A stretch of DNA of 64,000 nucleotides from Leucoraja ocellata (Eukaryota): the NCBI GenBank assembly GCA_036785375.1, contig JAWMAR010000098.1:3162001-3226000 (forward strand), in the 5' to 3' direction. Below, piece after piece: positions 51,056 through 63,461 of this stretch. Within the stretch, counting starts at the first letter, position 1. Every line of letters begins with the position of its first letter. Under the pieces are notes generated by a model that saw only the letters and a program-made list of their open reading frames with translations, was not told the origin of the DNA and searched no databases. The translations under genes were made by a program, and so were the position numbers.

Positions 51056-51779
51056 GAGATCCATTACTTCAAGTACATTTTTATACTTCAATTTTGCCTC
51101 CTGTTTCTTCTCCAAAGCCTGTAAACCTCTTCAGTTCTGGTGTGAAACATTAATTAATGGAAGCTGTAATGAATGACCTATCTGATTCACACTAGTGCTG
51201 TTTGTTCCTTACTCTTTTACATTCTTCTAGCCGGCAAGGGCCATATTTATTGTCCACCCATAATTCCCTCTAAATCAAGGAGGCCGTTAAATGCCACCTA
51301 TATTGTTGAGTCAACAACAGGCCGGACGGAGCAGGTATGGACAGCACATGGCATAACCACACATGGGCTTTCAGCACTATCTGGGAGTTTCATGCTCATC
51401 ATTACTGAGACTAATTTTAATTCCAGATTTGTTTAATTACTTGAATTTAAATTTCCTAACTGCCATGACAAGATTAGAACCTTGCATTAATAGGCTGGTA
51501 CTCTGGTAATAACCACACAATTTAACTATTGCATTGCCATATCACATAGAGTTTGGCATCATCCTAAAACCTTGTCTTGCAACAACAAATAAGGGTAAAC
51601 ACTCAAATTCAAAGCAAAAGTCTCTCAGAAGTTTTATATAAAAGATCCTTGTTCAAACTCCACATCACCGATTTGGATATTCAAATATGGTCCAAATTAT
51701 AAATGTGTTTATTCACTTTATTCTACAATCCCACACATTTATATATGTTTCTCCATCAATGTGCCAATGTCCTTGTCAC

Positions 51780-52130
51780 NNNNNNNNNNNNNNNNNNNNN
51801 NNNNNNNNNNNNNNNNNNNNNNNNNNNNNNNNNNNNNNNNNNNNNNNNNNNNNNNNNNNNNNNNNNNNNNNNNNNNNNNNNNNNNNNNNNNNNNNNNNNN
51901 NNNNNNNNNNNNNNNNNNNNNNNNNNNNNNNNNNNNNNNNNNNNNNNNNNNNNNNNNNNNNNNNNNNNNNNNNNNNNNNNNNNNNNNNNNNNNNNNNNNN
52001 NNNNNNNNNNNNNNNNNNNNNNNNNNNNNNNNNNNNNNNNNNNNNNNNNNNNNNNNNNNNNNNNNNNNNNNNNNNNNNNNNNNNNNNNNNNNNNNNNNNN
52101 NNNNNNNNNNNNNNNNNNNNNNNNNNNNNT
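51780..52130. other. Assembly gap (351 N)
   Basis: Run of N. Confidence 1.
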
Positions 52131-52370
52131 TTCGGGCCTACGTCTGTGCACGTGTGCCCCTGGAGAGGGAACATGCGGTGTTCACGGGGACTTTGGAGGT
52201 TTTCCGTGGGCGCTGGTCACCACGTGGGGTTGAGAGTATTGTGAACAATTATTGTAATGTTGTATTATAATGACACTTGATATAATGTAATTTCTTTTTT
52301 GTTTATGACTTGATCTGTTGTATCGTTTGTTGTGTCGAATAAGGTTTTGGAATTAAAGAAAAAAAAAAAA
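52131..52370 (+). mobile_element. L1/Tx1-clade LINE 3' end (ORF2 C-terminus, 3' UTR, poly-A)
   Basis: FRAYVCARVPLEREHAVFTGTLEVFRGRWSPRGVE (stop at 52270) resembles Tx1-type ORF2 ends; poly-A at 52359-52370; the 5' part is hidden by the gap. Confidence 0.7.
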
Positions 52371-52472
52371 GAGGCAGCGAGAGCGGGGCAGGGAGACAGA
52401 GAAACAGAGAGAGAGAGAGGGAAAGAGGGAGGACGAGAGAGAGGGAGAGGGAGAACGAGAGAGAAAGAGAGA
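52371..52472. repeat. Degenerate (GA)n purine tract
   Basis: gagagcggggcagggagacagagaaacagagagagagagaggg... Confidence 0.9.
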
Positions 52473-53024
52473 GCTACATTCCCTGTAAATCAGCATCCTC
52501 CTTCAAGCTAGCTAACTGATATGGGAACTGATTGTCACAGCAAATCAGTGGTGATAGAGCTTTCTGTGCTGCTTGCTTGCGGCAGAATGTGTGTGTGCTC
52601 ACCCCCTTCTTCCAAACTACTGTTTGACTCTCTGAAGTGGATCTTGATTCCGTCCCTGCCTGCTGGAGAACACTGTGGTAGCAGAGGCTTCAGTCTGAAC
52701 TCATCAAACAGCACATTGTGACAGCATTCTCTGATTAAAGTTCAACAAGGGAACGAGAAGGCTGCCAAACCCCATCCTGGGCAGAGTGACAACTTTCACA
52801 CTCCGGAAAAATGAGTAAAGTCACAAATAGGATAAATGGAGAAAAATAAAATTGGATAAATATATAACTTTGGTGGCCCTTTGACAACAATATGGGAAAC
52901 AACACAATCCATAAATCACTTGATGAAATGGCACAAATTCTGGAATGATAGCTGTGAGCTCCAAGTTCCTGGAAATCACAGATGGACTACAGCTGACTGA
53001 GGACAGCCAAACACTAATCTTCAA

Positions 53025-53171
53025 AATCTGAAGAAAAGTCTGAAGAAGGGTCTCGACCCAAGCCGTCACCCGTTCCTTCTCTCCAAAGATGTTACCTATC
53101 CCGCTGAGTTACTCCAGCATTTTGTGTCTATCTTTGGTCTAAACCAGCATCTGCAGTTCCTTTTTACACAT
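53025..53171 (+). mobile_element. PLE terminus with 11-bp TSD
   Basis: ctaatcttcaa at 53014-53024 and 53172-53182. Confidence 0.78.
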
Positions 53172-53270
53172 CTAATCTTCAAGCTCTGTTCAGAGTCCAG
53201 GGTGGCCTGCCAGGCAACTGTCCAAATACCTTCTCGCTCCATGTTGAAGGCACCTTGTTCAAACATCTGT

Positions 53271-53406
53271 GTGGGAAGGAGCTGCAGATGCTGGTTTACA
53301 CTGAAGATAGATACAAAATGCCGGAGTAACTCAGCGGGACAGGCAGCATCTCTGGAGAGAAGGAATGCGTGACGTTTCGGGTCGTGACCCTTCTTCAGAC
53401 TCACAC
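53271..53406 (-). mobile_element. PLE terminus with 18-bp TSD
   Basis: ccttgttcaaacatctgt at 53253-53270 and 53407-53424; intact core on the minus strand. Confidence 0.8.
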
Positions 53407-53729
53407 CCTTGTTCAAACATCTGTCTATCTGCCCAGACATCTGCGATGAAAGATTCAACAGCAGGACCTTCCAACCAGCACAGTGATGAAAACAAACACG
53501 ATTGTGAAGTCTGCCCATGTTATTTGTTTGTGCGAATACCAATGCTGGCAGATAATGTCCTGAGGATAAGAAGGTGACACTAATGAATGAAGACTGATAA
53601 GAAATGCAAATCAAAATTACCATATCTGATAACACTATCCTGTCACACCAGCAGGATGTCTAGTTTCCATGCAGAACAATTTATCCTAATTACCTTCCTC
53701 TACAATACTGATTCCCAGTGAAGGAGTTA

Positions 53730-53822
53730 AGGCACAAAATGCTGGAGTAACTCAGCGGGACAGGCAACATCTCTGGAGAGAAGGAATGGGTGACGTTTTG
53801 GATCGAGACCCTTCTTCAGACC
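53730..53822 (-). mobile_element. PLE terminus
   Basis: cacaaaatgctggagtaactcagcgggacaggc...gagacccttcttcagac. Confidence 0.75.
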
Positions 53823-54034
53823 CAGGCTGCTCAAGGAAAGGATGAGCTTGTATGTTAATCGCCAGTTGACAGCTCTTGGAAGCAGATGAAAATTGCTGTA
53901 GTGCAATGTAAAACCAACAAGATCAAACTCTTTGTGCTTTGTTCCTGGGTTCCAGGCATTATACACCAGGCTTTCAACAGGACAGTTCTAAAGGTTCAAG
54001 ACCAAACTTTTGGATGGGGCAAGCTCTCATTTTA

Positions 54035-54120
54035 AAGTCAAAGTCAAAGTCAAAGTAGCCTTTATTGTCATTCAGACCTTTCGGTCTGAACAAAATTTCG
54101 TTGCCTTGCAGTCATACATA
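54035..54120 (-). mobile_element. Very short LINE 3' tail with (aaagtc)n end and hairpin
   Basis: aaagtcaaagtcaaagtcaaagtagcctttattgtcattcagacc-tttc-ggtctgaa. Confidence 0.5.
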
Positions 54121-54994
54121 TAATAAAAATGACAAAAATCTTTACTTTCACTTCTGCCATCATTCTACATCGACTTTTTTTTTCTCTGAGGGGATGGACA
54201 GGGAACTCCTTACAAAGAGAAGAAAGTCAAGGAATTCCCCCTCCCCAAGCCCCAGCCCAACTATCTTACCTTCCCAAAGGTCAAACTACAACCCTTCAAC
54301 TCCTTCACCTGCACGAGCACGAAATGCATCACCAACTGATTGTTCTCAGAATTTATGCCAACAGCTTTGGTAATTATATATATTTTTTTAAACCCAATTT
54401 CTGAGCTTTCTGCTACTTGTACTCTGCTGCACTGTGGGGTGTTTACAATGTGCTGATGTAATGCCGACTCAGCAATTGACATATATGCAAACCACTGCAT
54501 CCTAATGATGTAACACAGTAGTAAGCTACACCGACAGCTAAAAATGTCGCCTTGCTTTCTTAAAGCAGCAGCGGCTCTTCTGCCTGGTCAAACTTTCCAA
54601 CAGCATAGAAAAGGCTTTCGACGGAGACCCACATCAATAATGAGAGATTGAGCTTATTGCCATATACATTAATGTGCAAGAAATTCCTAATTCACATGAA
54701 GCTCGCGGAGTAAACAATAAAATAATAAATATACAAGAAATGCAAGAATAGCAGAATGGTGCAAAGAGTGTAGAGTAAGCAGAAGTGGCACAACAAATTA
54801 AAATGGAATAATGGTGGAGAGATTATAGCTCTATACCCATGACTGTGTAGCAAGATGGAGGTCCAATGCCATCTTTAAATTGACTGTGATGCTAAATTGT
54901 GATGTGAAAATATTTGTGCTTTGATTTTAGCTTGGGTCTAACTTCAGTTCAACCTTCGTCTATTGTTTGCTTTGACCAACTTTTTAATGACATT

Positions 54995-55597
54995 ACACAC
55001 AAAATGCAGGAGTAGCTCAGCGGGAGAGGCAGCATCTCTGGAATGGGTGACGTTTCGGGTCAAAACCCTTCTTCAGACGCAAAGGGCCTGTCCCACTTGT
55101 CGATTTTTTCGGTGACTGCCGACGTCATATCAGTGTTGCCAAAAGATTTTGAACATTTCAAAATCCAGCGGCGCCAAAAAAAATGTTGTGACACTTGAGG
55201 AAACACCGTGCGTCAACACGTCATTACGCCGGGTCACGTTGCGTCAGCGCCGCCTTAAGCTGCATCATGCCGTGACTTTTTCGGTGACCTGATACGTCAA
55301 TGATGCCGGCAGTGACTGAAAAAAATCGCCAAGTGGGACAGGCCCTTTAGCGTCAGAGGAGAGGGAGTTACAGATAAGGAAGTGTAAGGGATCAAGAGAG
55401 ATGAATTTCAAGGAAAATGAATGTAGAATAGGCCATGATCATCTCTTTTGATCTCTAACACTTCCTTATCTCTGTAACTCCCTCTCTCCTGATATCACCC
55501 ATTCCTTCTCTCCAGAGGTGCTGCCTGTCCCACTGAGTTACTCCAGCATTTTGTGTCTATCTTCGGTGTAAACCAGCATCTGCAGTTCCTTCCTACA
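54995..55597. mobile_element. Long PLE fold-back (includes inverted 3' UTR) interrupted by a MITE
   Basis: Left arm 54995-55078 plus 55350-55410 is inverse to 55441-55560; imperfect direct repeat actttt(t)aa(t/c)gaca at both ends. Confidence 0.78.
55081..55348. mobile_element. Non-autonomous DNA transposon (MITE, PIF/Harbinger-like termini)
   Basis: TIRs aaagggcctgtcccacttg / caagtgggacaggcccttt, extending imperfectly for about 50 bp; CpG-rich interior. Confidence 0.75.
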
Positions 55598-56104
55598 CTT
55601 TTAACGACAATAGTGTCACCCTCAGAGGTATCTGTAGCCCAATACATTAATAATATTTTCTTTTATACTTTTCAAATTAATAAGCCAGGTTTCTTTCATC
55701 TGTGAAAATATGGAGCCAACATTATTTTATTTCACACTGACGGATTTAAATAATAAAATTGCGATGACTGAAAATTCCAACAAATAAGAGCATTCATGTC
55801 AGAGTTAAGGTGCACAACAGCACAGGAACAGGCGCTTTGGCCTGTCTGTCGGTACGGGCCATCAAGAATCCAATTATACTAATCCCAAGTCTGTAACCTC
55901 TATGCCTTCGCGATTCAAGTTACATTCTATAAATGAATTTTGCACGTTTCTGAGAATACCATGCATTGACACCCTTCAATAAACATTTAATTGTGCCATA
56001 TAACAGCACCAGATACTAAATACTAATGCTGTTATACGGCATCAGTGTTTCTAAATACTTTCAACACTAAATATTGGTGTGTGCTTGAAAGGAAGATATG
56101 AAGG

Positions 56105-56298
56105 ATGTTCTCTGCCTCAGAGGGCAGTGGAGGCCAATTCTCTGGATGCGTTCAAGAGAGAGCTAGATAGGGCTCTTAAAGATATGGGATATGGAGAGAA
56201 GGCAGGAACGGGGTACTGATTGTGAATGATCAGTCATGATCATATTGAATGGCGGTGCTGGCTCGAAGGGCCAAATGGCCTACACCTGCACCTATTGT
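56105..56298 (+). mobile_element. CR1 3' fragment
   Basis: ctgcctcagagggcagtggaggcc...gctcgaagggccaaatggcctacacctgcacctattg. Confidence 0.8.
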
Positions 56299-56371
56299 CA
56301 AAGTCTTTGTCAATGTGAAGCCACAGTAATGGTGAAGAAGATGGTTGTGGTCGGTCTACTGTGGGAGACTT

Positions 56372-56593
56372 TAGAAAGGCACAAATGCTGGAGTAACCCA
56401 GCATGACAGGCAGCATCTCTGGATAGATGGAATGGGTGAAGTTTCGGATAGAGGCCCTTCTTCTGAAAAAGGGACACGACCCGAAACATCCCCTATCCCT
56501 TATATCCAGAGATGTTGCCTGGCCCGCTGAGTTATTCCAGCATTTTGTGTCTATCTTCGGTTTAAACCAGCATCTGCAGTTCCTTCCTACACA
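56372..56593. mobile_element. PLE fold-back element with 10-bp TSD
   Basis: tgggagactt at 56362-56371 and 56594-56603. Confidence 0.78.
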
Positions 56594-56989
56594 TGGGAGA
56601 CTTAAAACTGTGTGTACATATGAGTGCATGCACTCACATCTACAGGCATGTGCAGGCAGCATTTTCTTGGATTTGTGTGCCTTACACTCACTTTTGTGAA
56701 GTCATGATGTAGCGGAACTCCAGGGTAAGAACTCCGAAAGTCAATATCTATAGTGACATTGTAAATGTGTTTGCAAAGATGTCCTCCATTGGGAACCTCT
56801 CACAGATGCAAACACACGTATGAAAAGAGTGTGTTTACAATTTCATGGCACAAGGTGACCACAGGAATTTTAACCCATCGAAGTTTAACAATCTAGAGTC
56901 TGTAACTGATGTAGAATTGAAGGGAGAAGGGATAGGTTTGTCCATCCTCCTCCGAGTCCACAATACACCAGGTGAAAGAAGTGAGTTCA

Positions 56990-57254
56990 ACATCTATGTA
57001 CGTAAACATAGTAGGAGGCCGTAGGAGTCCATGGATATATCGTGGCGGCCCGTAATGCTAGCCGTAAGTTCTCGGGGCATTAGATAAGTCGGGACGTTTT
57101 TTTTAACATGATGAAAATTGTCCACGAGTAAAAAAATAGCACCGAGTACCTACGGCTGGCATAACAGCCTCCAATGGACTCGTTACAATCATTCTGCGAG
57201 TTTGAAAACTCGGGAGAATTCGTGAATAACTCGGGAAAGTGGGACAGGCCCTTT
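56990..57254. mobile_element. Truncated MITE sharing the same TIR
   Basis: Ends aagtgggacaggcccttta; CpG-rich interior; the other TIR is absent. Confidence 0.6.
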
Positions 57255-57539
57255 AAGAGACTCTCTCAGCTCAGGCTGTGCGCTAATATTTTGTGATGGC
57301 ATTTAGATTGGGAATTAGATTAGGTCAGATGGGATTGGTTTATTGTCATGTACACTAGGGTGCAATGAAATTCCTTGTTCGTATGAAGCTTGTAGAGTAA
57401 ACAGTGTACATACAGTAGTGATAAATACAACAGTAAAGGCAATGAGTCAAAACAGCAGAATGGGGCTGGAATGTAATGAAATCTGAAGTAGAACCAAAAT
57501 ATTAAAAATGCTGTAGTGTGATGTATAGTGTGAATGCAT

Positions 57540-57860
57540 AGAGTCTCTTTCACAGAGGAGGGGAATCAAGAACTGGGGGTCACAAGTTTAAGGTAAGAGC
57601 AGAGAGATTTAATAGGAGCCTGAAGAGCAACTTTTTCACACAGAAAGTGGTGGGTACATGGAGAGAACTTCCAGATGAAGTAGTTGAGGCAAGTACAGTA
57701 ACCAAATGTAAAGAACATTTGGACACGTATAAGGATATGAATGATTTGAGGAATATGGACCAAATGTAGGCAAATGGGACTGGATTAGATGGGGCACCTT
57801 GGTTGCCATGGAGAAGTTAGGCCTTCGGGCCTGTTTCCATTCTGTGTGACTATGACTATG
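57540..57860 (+). mobile_element. CR1 LINE 3' fragment
   Basis: gggaatcaagaactgggggtcacaagtttaagg...ctttttcacacagaaagtggtggg...gggcctgtttccattctgtgtgactatgact. Confidence 0.8.
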
Positions 57861-58020
57861 ACAGAATATGATGTTCAAATCGTATTAGCCAGTTTGCTTG
57901 CGTTTTGTGATAAAGCTACTTCCACCAATTTGATCTTTGGACCATATGACTATCCAAGGCAGAAACACATCTTTGCAACCTGAGACACCTCAGTCTGACT
58001 TTCCGATAGCGTAACCCATT

Positions 58021-58290
58021 TGGGCGGCACGGCGGCGCAGAGGTAGAGTTGCTGCCTTCCAGCGCCAGAGACCCAAGTTCGATCCGGACTATGGGTGCTG
58101 TCTGTACGGAATTTGTACATTCTCCCCGTGACCGCGTACATTTTCCCCAGGTGCTCTGGTTTCCTCTAACACTACAAAGATGTACAGGTTTGTAGGTTAA
58201 TTAGCTTTGGGGAAATTGTAAACTGTCTCTGATGTGTGTAGGATACTGCTAGTGTACCGGGATCGCTGGTCGGCATGTACTCTGCGGGAA
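58021..58290 (+). mobile_element. V-SINE (HE1-like), 3' truncated
   Basis: ggcggcacggcggcgcagaggtagag...agttcgatccggact. Confidence 0.82.
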
Positions 58291-60073
58291 TCGAATAATT
58301 CTGACCTCAGTGTAATGTGGATGGAAAGGTAATGAAGAATACAGATTGGGTTACAGCCATTGATTGTAAATGTCTCTCAACTGCGCTGAAGAATTGGAAC
58401 ATTTGCTGATTCAAAATGTAATGCACATACATTGGATTGACTCTTGTTCAACAATAATGCAGTCATGGGAATCAGTTATCAGGGACTTTGCATCTAGTTT
58501 CTTTGAGTTCATCGTTTTATCTAAGATTTTAGAGTATCTCCTGGTACGGGATGTGAGATCTATGTTCAGTTCCATTGAAAAGATTATGACGTAAATGATC
58601 AGTAGTGTGCTCGAAGAATGCTTGACAGTGTACTTGTTGAAGATGGCACTTCTGGATATACAGTAAAAGGTGTAATATTGAACATCGCTGAAAAGCTTTT
58701 TAAGTTCATGAATAGAGTAGTAGCCTGAGGCACACATTCCCCATTTGTTCCGTGCTCCTAAACTGGCAGGAACACCTCTTAGTGCCTCTTGTATTTTGGT
58801 GTTTAAAAGGTTGCACTAGGTGCAAATGTTCATGCAGCTTACTGTATCCACAATGCATTAAAACTTGCATCACAACTTTCTGCTTTAGTGCAATGCATCC
58901 TTGCTAATATTTCACAATTGCCTTTTTTGTTATGATCCAACACTAGATTACTTCAAACATAAAAAGGTTTCCCTTCAAACTGCTGTTGCAAAACTGTAAT
59001 CTTCAAACTGTTAGCCCCTGTCTAATTGTTTGCATTCAGTTAATCTTTACATCATCGCAAATCTATCATACCGAGAATGAACATGGAATTTGAAGTTCCT
59101 AATGAAAATATAAGCCATTCTCATCCCCACATGCAATAACCACGCTGAGGTCCAAGAACATTGAAAAAGAAACTCCTGTAACAATGCTGTATCCAGCTCA
59201 GGCAGTGATGGCGCGATGGTTCATTTTATGAAATTAACAGCAGCCCATTAAAATTCTCCATTCTCAGTGTCTTATTTTCCCCAGGGGTAACTTTACAGAA
59301 GAATTTCCTAAGCTGCTTCGCACTAAGCATTTGCTTGAAACCCCTTTCTTGCTTTTTAGTCAATACAGGAAAGCAGAGTCAATTCTTACTTAAGGAGGCA
59401 AAAGTCAACCTGCTGGTCGATCATCTGTACGTCTGTGAACATGGATTCCCGTAAAATCAATGATCTTCAGTTATTGCTATCAGTCTGTTTCTAAAATAGA
59501 CTGGAAGCTGTTTAAGTTCATACATGCAGTCAGTGTGCCCAGGGCAAAATCACTCACTTATCTTCTCTCTATCCATTCTTCCATTTATTACAGTCCGCGA
59601 ACTCTTACTCAAACAGAACACAAATCTATAATATTAAGATTACACTAAATTTACTTCACAGAATGACAGCCAATTTGAATTGCAAGAGCAGCTGATTTTT
59701 TAAGAACTGTCACAGATTAAACTTTCAATATTGTGTCCTTCTCCACCACTCCCCTCCCCGATAATGCCCCCCCTATCCTCACCTCCTTCCAACCCCAGAC
59801 TGCAAGCCAGTTAACGAAAGTGTGGAAGCTCTATGGTTTGTTATAGTATGATTCGAATGGCCTTGTTTTACAGATTTACTGAATCTTTTCACAAAGTCAC
59901 AAAGGTACAATTGGTGGCGGGATTGGGAAGTAAGTGGTTAGGTGAGGAGGCAGGAGAAAGGACCAGGGTGGTGCAATGAGTTCATAGGTCGATGTATCCG
60001 TTAATTAAACATGCTTATTTCTGTAGGTGCTGTTTATTCCTTTGTGAACCACTGTGACAAATTCATTCCCATA

Positions 60074-60395
60074 TTTAGTTTAGTTTAGTCTAGTTTAGTT
60101 TAGAGATACAGCGCGGAAACAGGCTCTTTATCCCACTGGGTCAGCACCGACCAGCGATCCTTGCACTACCCTACACACACTAGGTACGATTTTTAAAATA
60201 TTTACACCAAGCCAATTAACCTACAAACCTGTACGTCTTTGGAGTGCGGGAGGTAACCGAAGATCTCAGAGAAAACCCACGCAGGTCACGGGGAGAACAT
60301 ACAAACGCCGTACAAACAGAACCCGCAGTCAGGATCGAACCCGGGTCTCCAGAGCTGTAAGGCAGTAGCTCTACTGCGGCGCCACTATGCTGCCC
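60074..60395 (-). mobile_element. V-SINE (HE1-like)
   Basis: (tttag)n tail, ...gtcaggatcgaacccgggtctc...ctctactgcggcgccactatgctgccc. Confidence 0.85.
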
Positions 60396-62109
60396 AGAAA
60401 GGCTGTGTACAATACTCATCCGATATTCCAAACATAAAGAAGACCAAAAAAGTCTTCACGCAGCCACGAGGAGGTCCTTTTCTCTACTGGACGCTTATTA
60501 AAATAAATTAGGCTCTTATTTAAAAGATTCACTGTGTCAAATACAAAAAGTAATGGAAACAGAACCAATGTTCAGAAAGACAGCATATTTATGAAAGTGT
60601 AAGGGCATAATATTAAAGAGAACATTGGGTAAAAATTCAATTGCATTTTTAATAGGGTAACTTTACTTAAGATGTACAAGCTGTGGTGTCTTTGCCTGCC
60701 ACCACCTTGTGTCCAACTGTGCTACATTTGCATTCCTAAACAGCTCACATCTTAGGACATGAAGAAACACGTCTACTGTTAGCCATGGACATTAAGGCTA
60801 ACTATCTTTTAGAGAGTGAAAAATATAATAAAGTGCAACCACAAAAACAAAGCCCTTGCATGACACTGCCACTGCCACTGCTGCTCATATTAATGCCTTG
60901 GTCCTGTCACATAATTTTAAGGTTTGGGCTCCACGGAGACAAAGCTAGCTCCATGGGATTGTGTCCCACTGGCATAACAAGGCGGTTTCATGTAGGCCGA
61001 GACAGCTCCTCCTGAGTATAAACATGCATAGGTTATGACTTCTCAACCCTTCCCTTCAGCAGAATATCTTCCTCGGTTGCCCCCAGCTAATTCAAATGCT
61101 AATGGACTATTTCAAAACAAACTCTCAGAGGCAACTAATTTCAAAAGGGGAAGAAGCTCCCCCACGCTAAGCCACGATTGGTACGCTTCACCGAGCGCTG
61201 TTGTAAAGTAGCTCGTAGCGCAGAGCCCAGAGGAGGTGGTGCCTCCATTTCCTATGAATTAAATATTAACAACGTTAGTGTGTAATTTTAATCATTAATT
61301 AGCACCAGGTTAATTACGTTCGTGACTCGCAATAGCGCTATAAATGGTGCTGGTGATAAACTAGCATTGAGGAAAGCATGAAATTGTAACTGCACTGCAA
61401 TTAGCTGGGAAACAGCCCATGTGCAGTTAGCGGCGAGGCTGATAGAAAGGCCCATTCAGGTGCTCTTTGTAGCCTCTATGTTCAGACAATATGGAACTGC
61501 AGCCAATTCAAACAAGGATAAGACAGAAGATAAAGAACAAAACGCTGCCAGAGCAGGTGATAAAACACAAGGGAACAAGACTCAGCTTCCTTTAGTTGCT
61601 GTGGTCTCTCACCTCAGGCAAGCAAACAGCTTGTTCCTCTCTTGTACCAATGTTTAACACTGAACATTTCATGCACTTTAACATCACGCTGCACTCAATC
61701 ACAAGCCTCCTTTACCTATGAAAGGTGCAATTCCAGGGAGTGGCCTGGACATTACTAATTATCTTCAGTTAAACGCTTTCTCAAATGGCTGCAATTTACT
61801 CTGTTATAAAAGTCCCAGTCCTGAGGAAGGACTTTTAATTTCTTGACAGTAATCTTCAATTCATTCATGGGCTACAGAACATCTGAACCAGTGAGTGCTC
61901 ATACGCCAATAACATGGATTATGAGGCTTCCAAATATGGATTCTGAAGCTTAAAATATATCATTTCTGTGAACAATCGTGGAATATGCTAAACTCCGGCC
62001 GAATGGCTTTGCAGGTGAAAAGACGGAGGTGCAGATTTGAGGACTGGCGCAAAGGTTGCTTCTCATTAAGTTTTAGCAAACACACAGAGTCACTACTTAA
62101 GCAGCATCG

Positions 62110-62270
62110 AACACATAGAATTCAGAGGGTCAAGCAGCATCTGTGGAGTCAAAGATTGGAAACTGATGTTTTGGGTCAAGACTCTGCATCAGGTGCTGAA
62201 ACGTCCATTTACACCTTTTCCACCCAAGATGCTGATTGACCCGTTGAGTCTTACCAGCATCCTGCTTTAG
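62110..62270. mobile_element. Old PLE fold-back element
   Basis: gggtcaagcagcatctgtgga...gactctgcatcagg|gctgaaacgtcc...gatgctgattgacccgttgagt. Confidence 0.6.
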
Positions 62271-62739
62271 TTTCACCAATGGTGTGATGTTTGGAACTGG
62301 CTTCAATTTTAATGTTTCAAGTTCGAAAGCTTCTGAGTTTCTGACTTGTGTATGTGGCTGGCTAGCATGCAACCATTATATTTTCATTGTAGCTGTACCT
62401 CACCATACGTGCATTTGACAATAAACTGAACTTGACTGCATCTTCACAAATCACTACGCTGGAAATGTTGAAGTGTGATACTCGTCCTCGATAAATGACA
62501 ATGTTATCAGTCTTTGGTCCCCTTCTGTTTCTCAAATGCCTGGTTGCACTGAACAAAACTGTATGAAATTATAGCTTCACTTCTCACGTGGGCAATGTGA
62601 ACTGTACTTGATTTTTATCATCTTGTGACCTCCACCATCTTCCCATCTTCAGAACATTTTCTCAAAGAAGTCGTGGAAAGACTGAAGCCAGTGGCTTTGG
62701 TTCCATTACACAGCACTCTCTGGCTACTCAGTCCATCCG

Positions 62740-63150
62740 TCTACTTCACAATTCGCAAACTATTTGTAAACTTGGTATGATCAACTGGGAGATGACGGTC
62801 AGACCACATTGTTGCTATCGAGATTCCCTACTCCCATCTCCACAACATCTGCCAATTCCAGTGTTGCCTCATTTCATCTGCGACAAAACACATGGACATG
62901 TCTTAGCTACATCCAGACTCGACTATTCCTCTGCACGACTAGTCAGCTGTCCACACTCTAAACCTCAGTGCATCCTAACCTTTGCCGCTCAGATCTTCAC
63001 TTATTACTGGGTAACATCTGTGTTCAATGGCCCACGTAAGCTCCTGCATAAGGAAGGACTGAATTGTAAATGTGTTTTCCCATCCCTCCATGCTTTCATG
63101 CCTCTGTTTGGTTGTAATTCTCTACAAGTATCTGTATCCTTTAATTGTAG
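62740..63150 (+). mobile_element. Ancient L2-clade LINE ORF2 remnant
   Basis: ORF 62777..63193 contains ATSRLDYSSARLV...FAAQIFT, resembling the L2 C-terminal motif TSRLDYSNALL...SAARILT. Confidence 0.6.
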
Positions 63151-63461
63151 TTCCAATCATCCAAGCGTTGTTCCAGCCAAAATCAGTAACTGAGGAGTCT
63201 TGTGGGTCGGGAATTGATGAAGCCTCTGTAATTCTGTTCAGGTTGATGTGTCAATACTTGACCAATGCCAAGTGCACACAGTGGACCTGATCATCAACCA
63301 GTATTTATTTTGTGCTTTGAACAGACGGCAGATTTTACTGAGATTTAGAATGAATGCAACACACAACCAGAAAAAAAAAACAATGGAAGGATAGTCCAGA
63401 GAGGAATTTGAGAGAGCTATATTGAGACAAGGACATTGAGACAGGCAATATTCTTAAAGCA

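Noticed and set aside
51687-52244. ORFs spanning the second N run
   Set aside because: Gap artefacts; only the frame ending at 52270 shows LINE similarity.
58300-58740. Coding-looking stretch with ORFs on both strands (108 aa minus, 74 aa plus)
   Set aside because: No recognisable domain or convincing splice signals; cannot be supported without a search.
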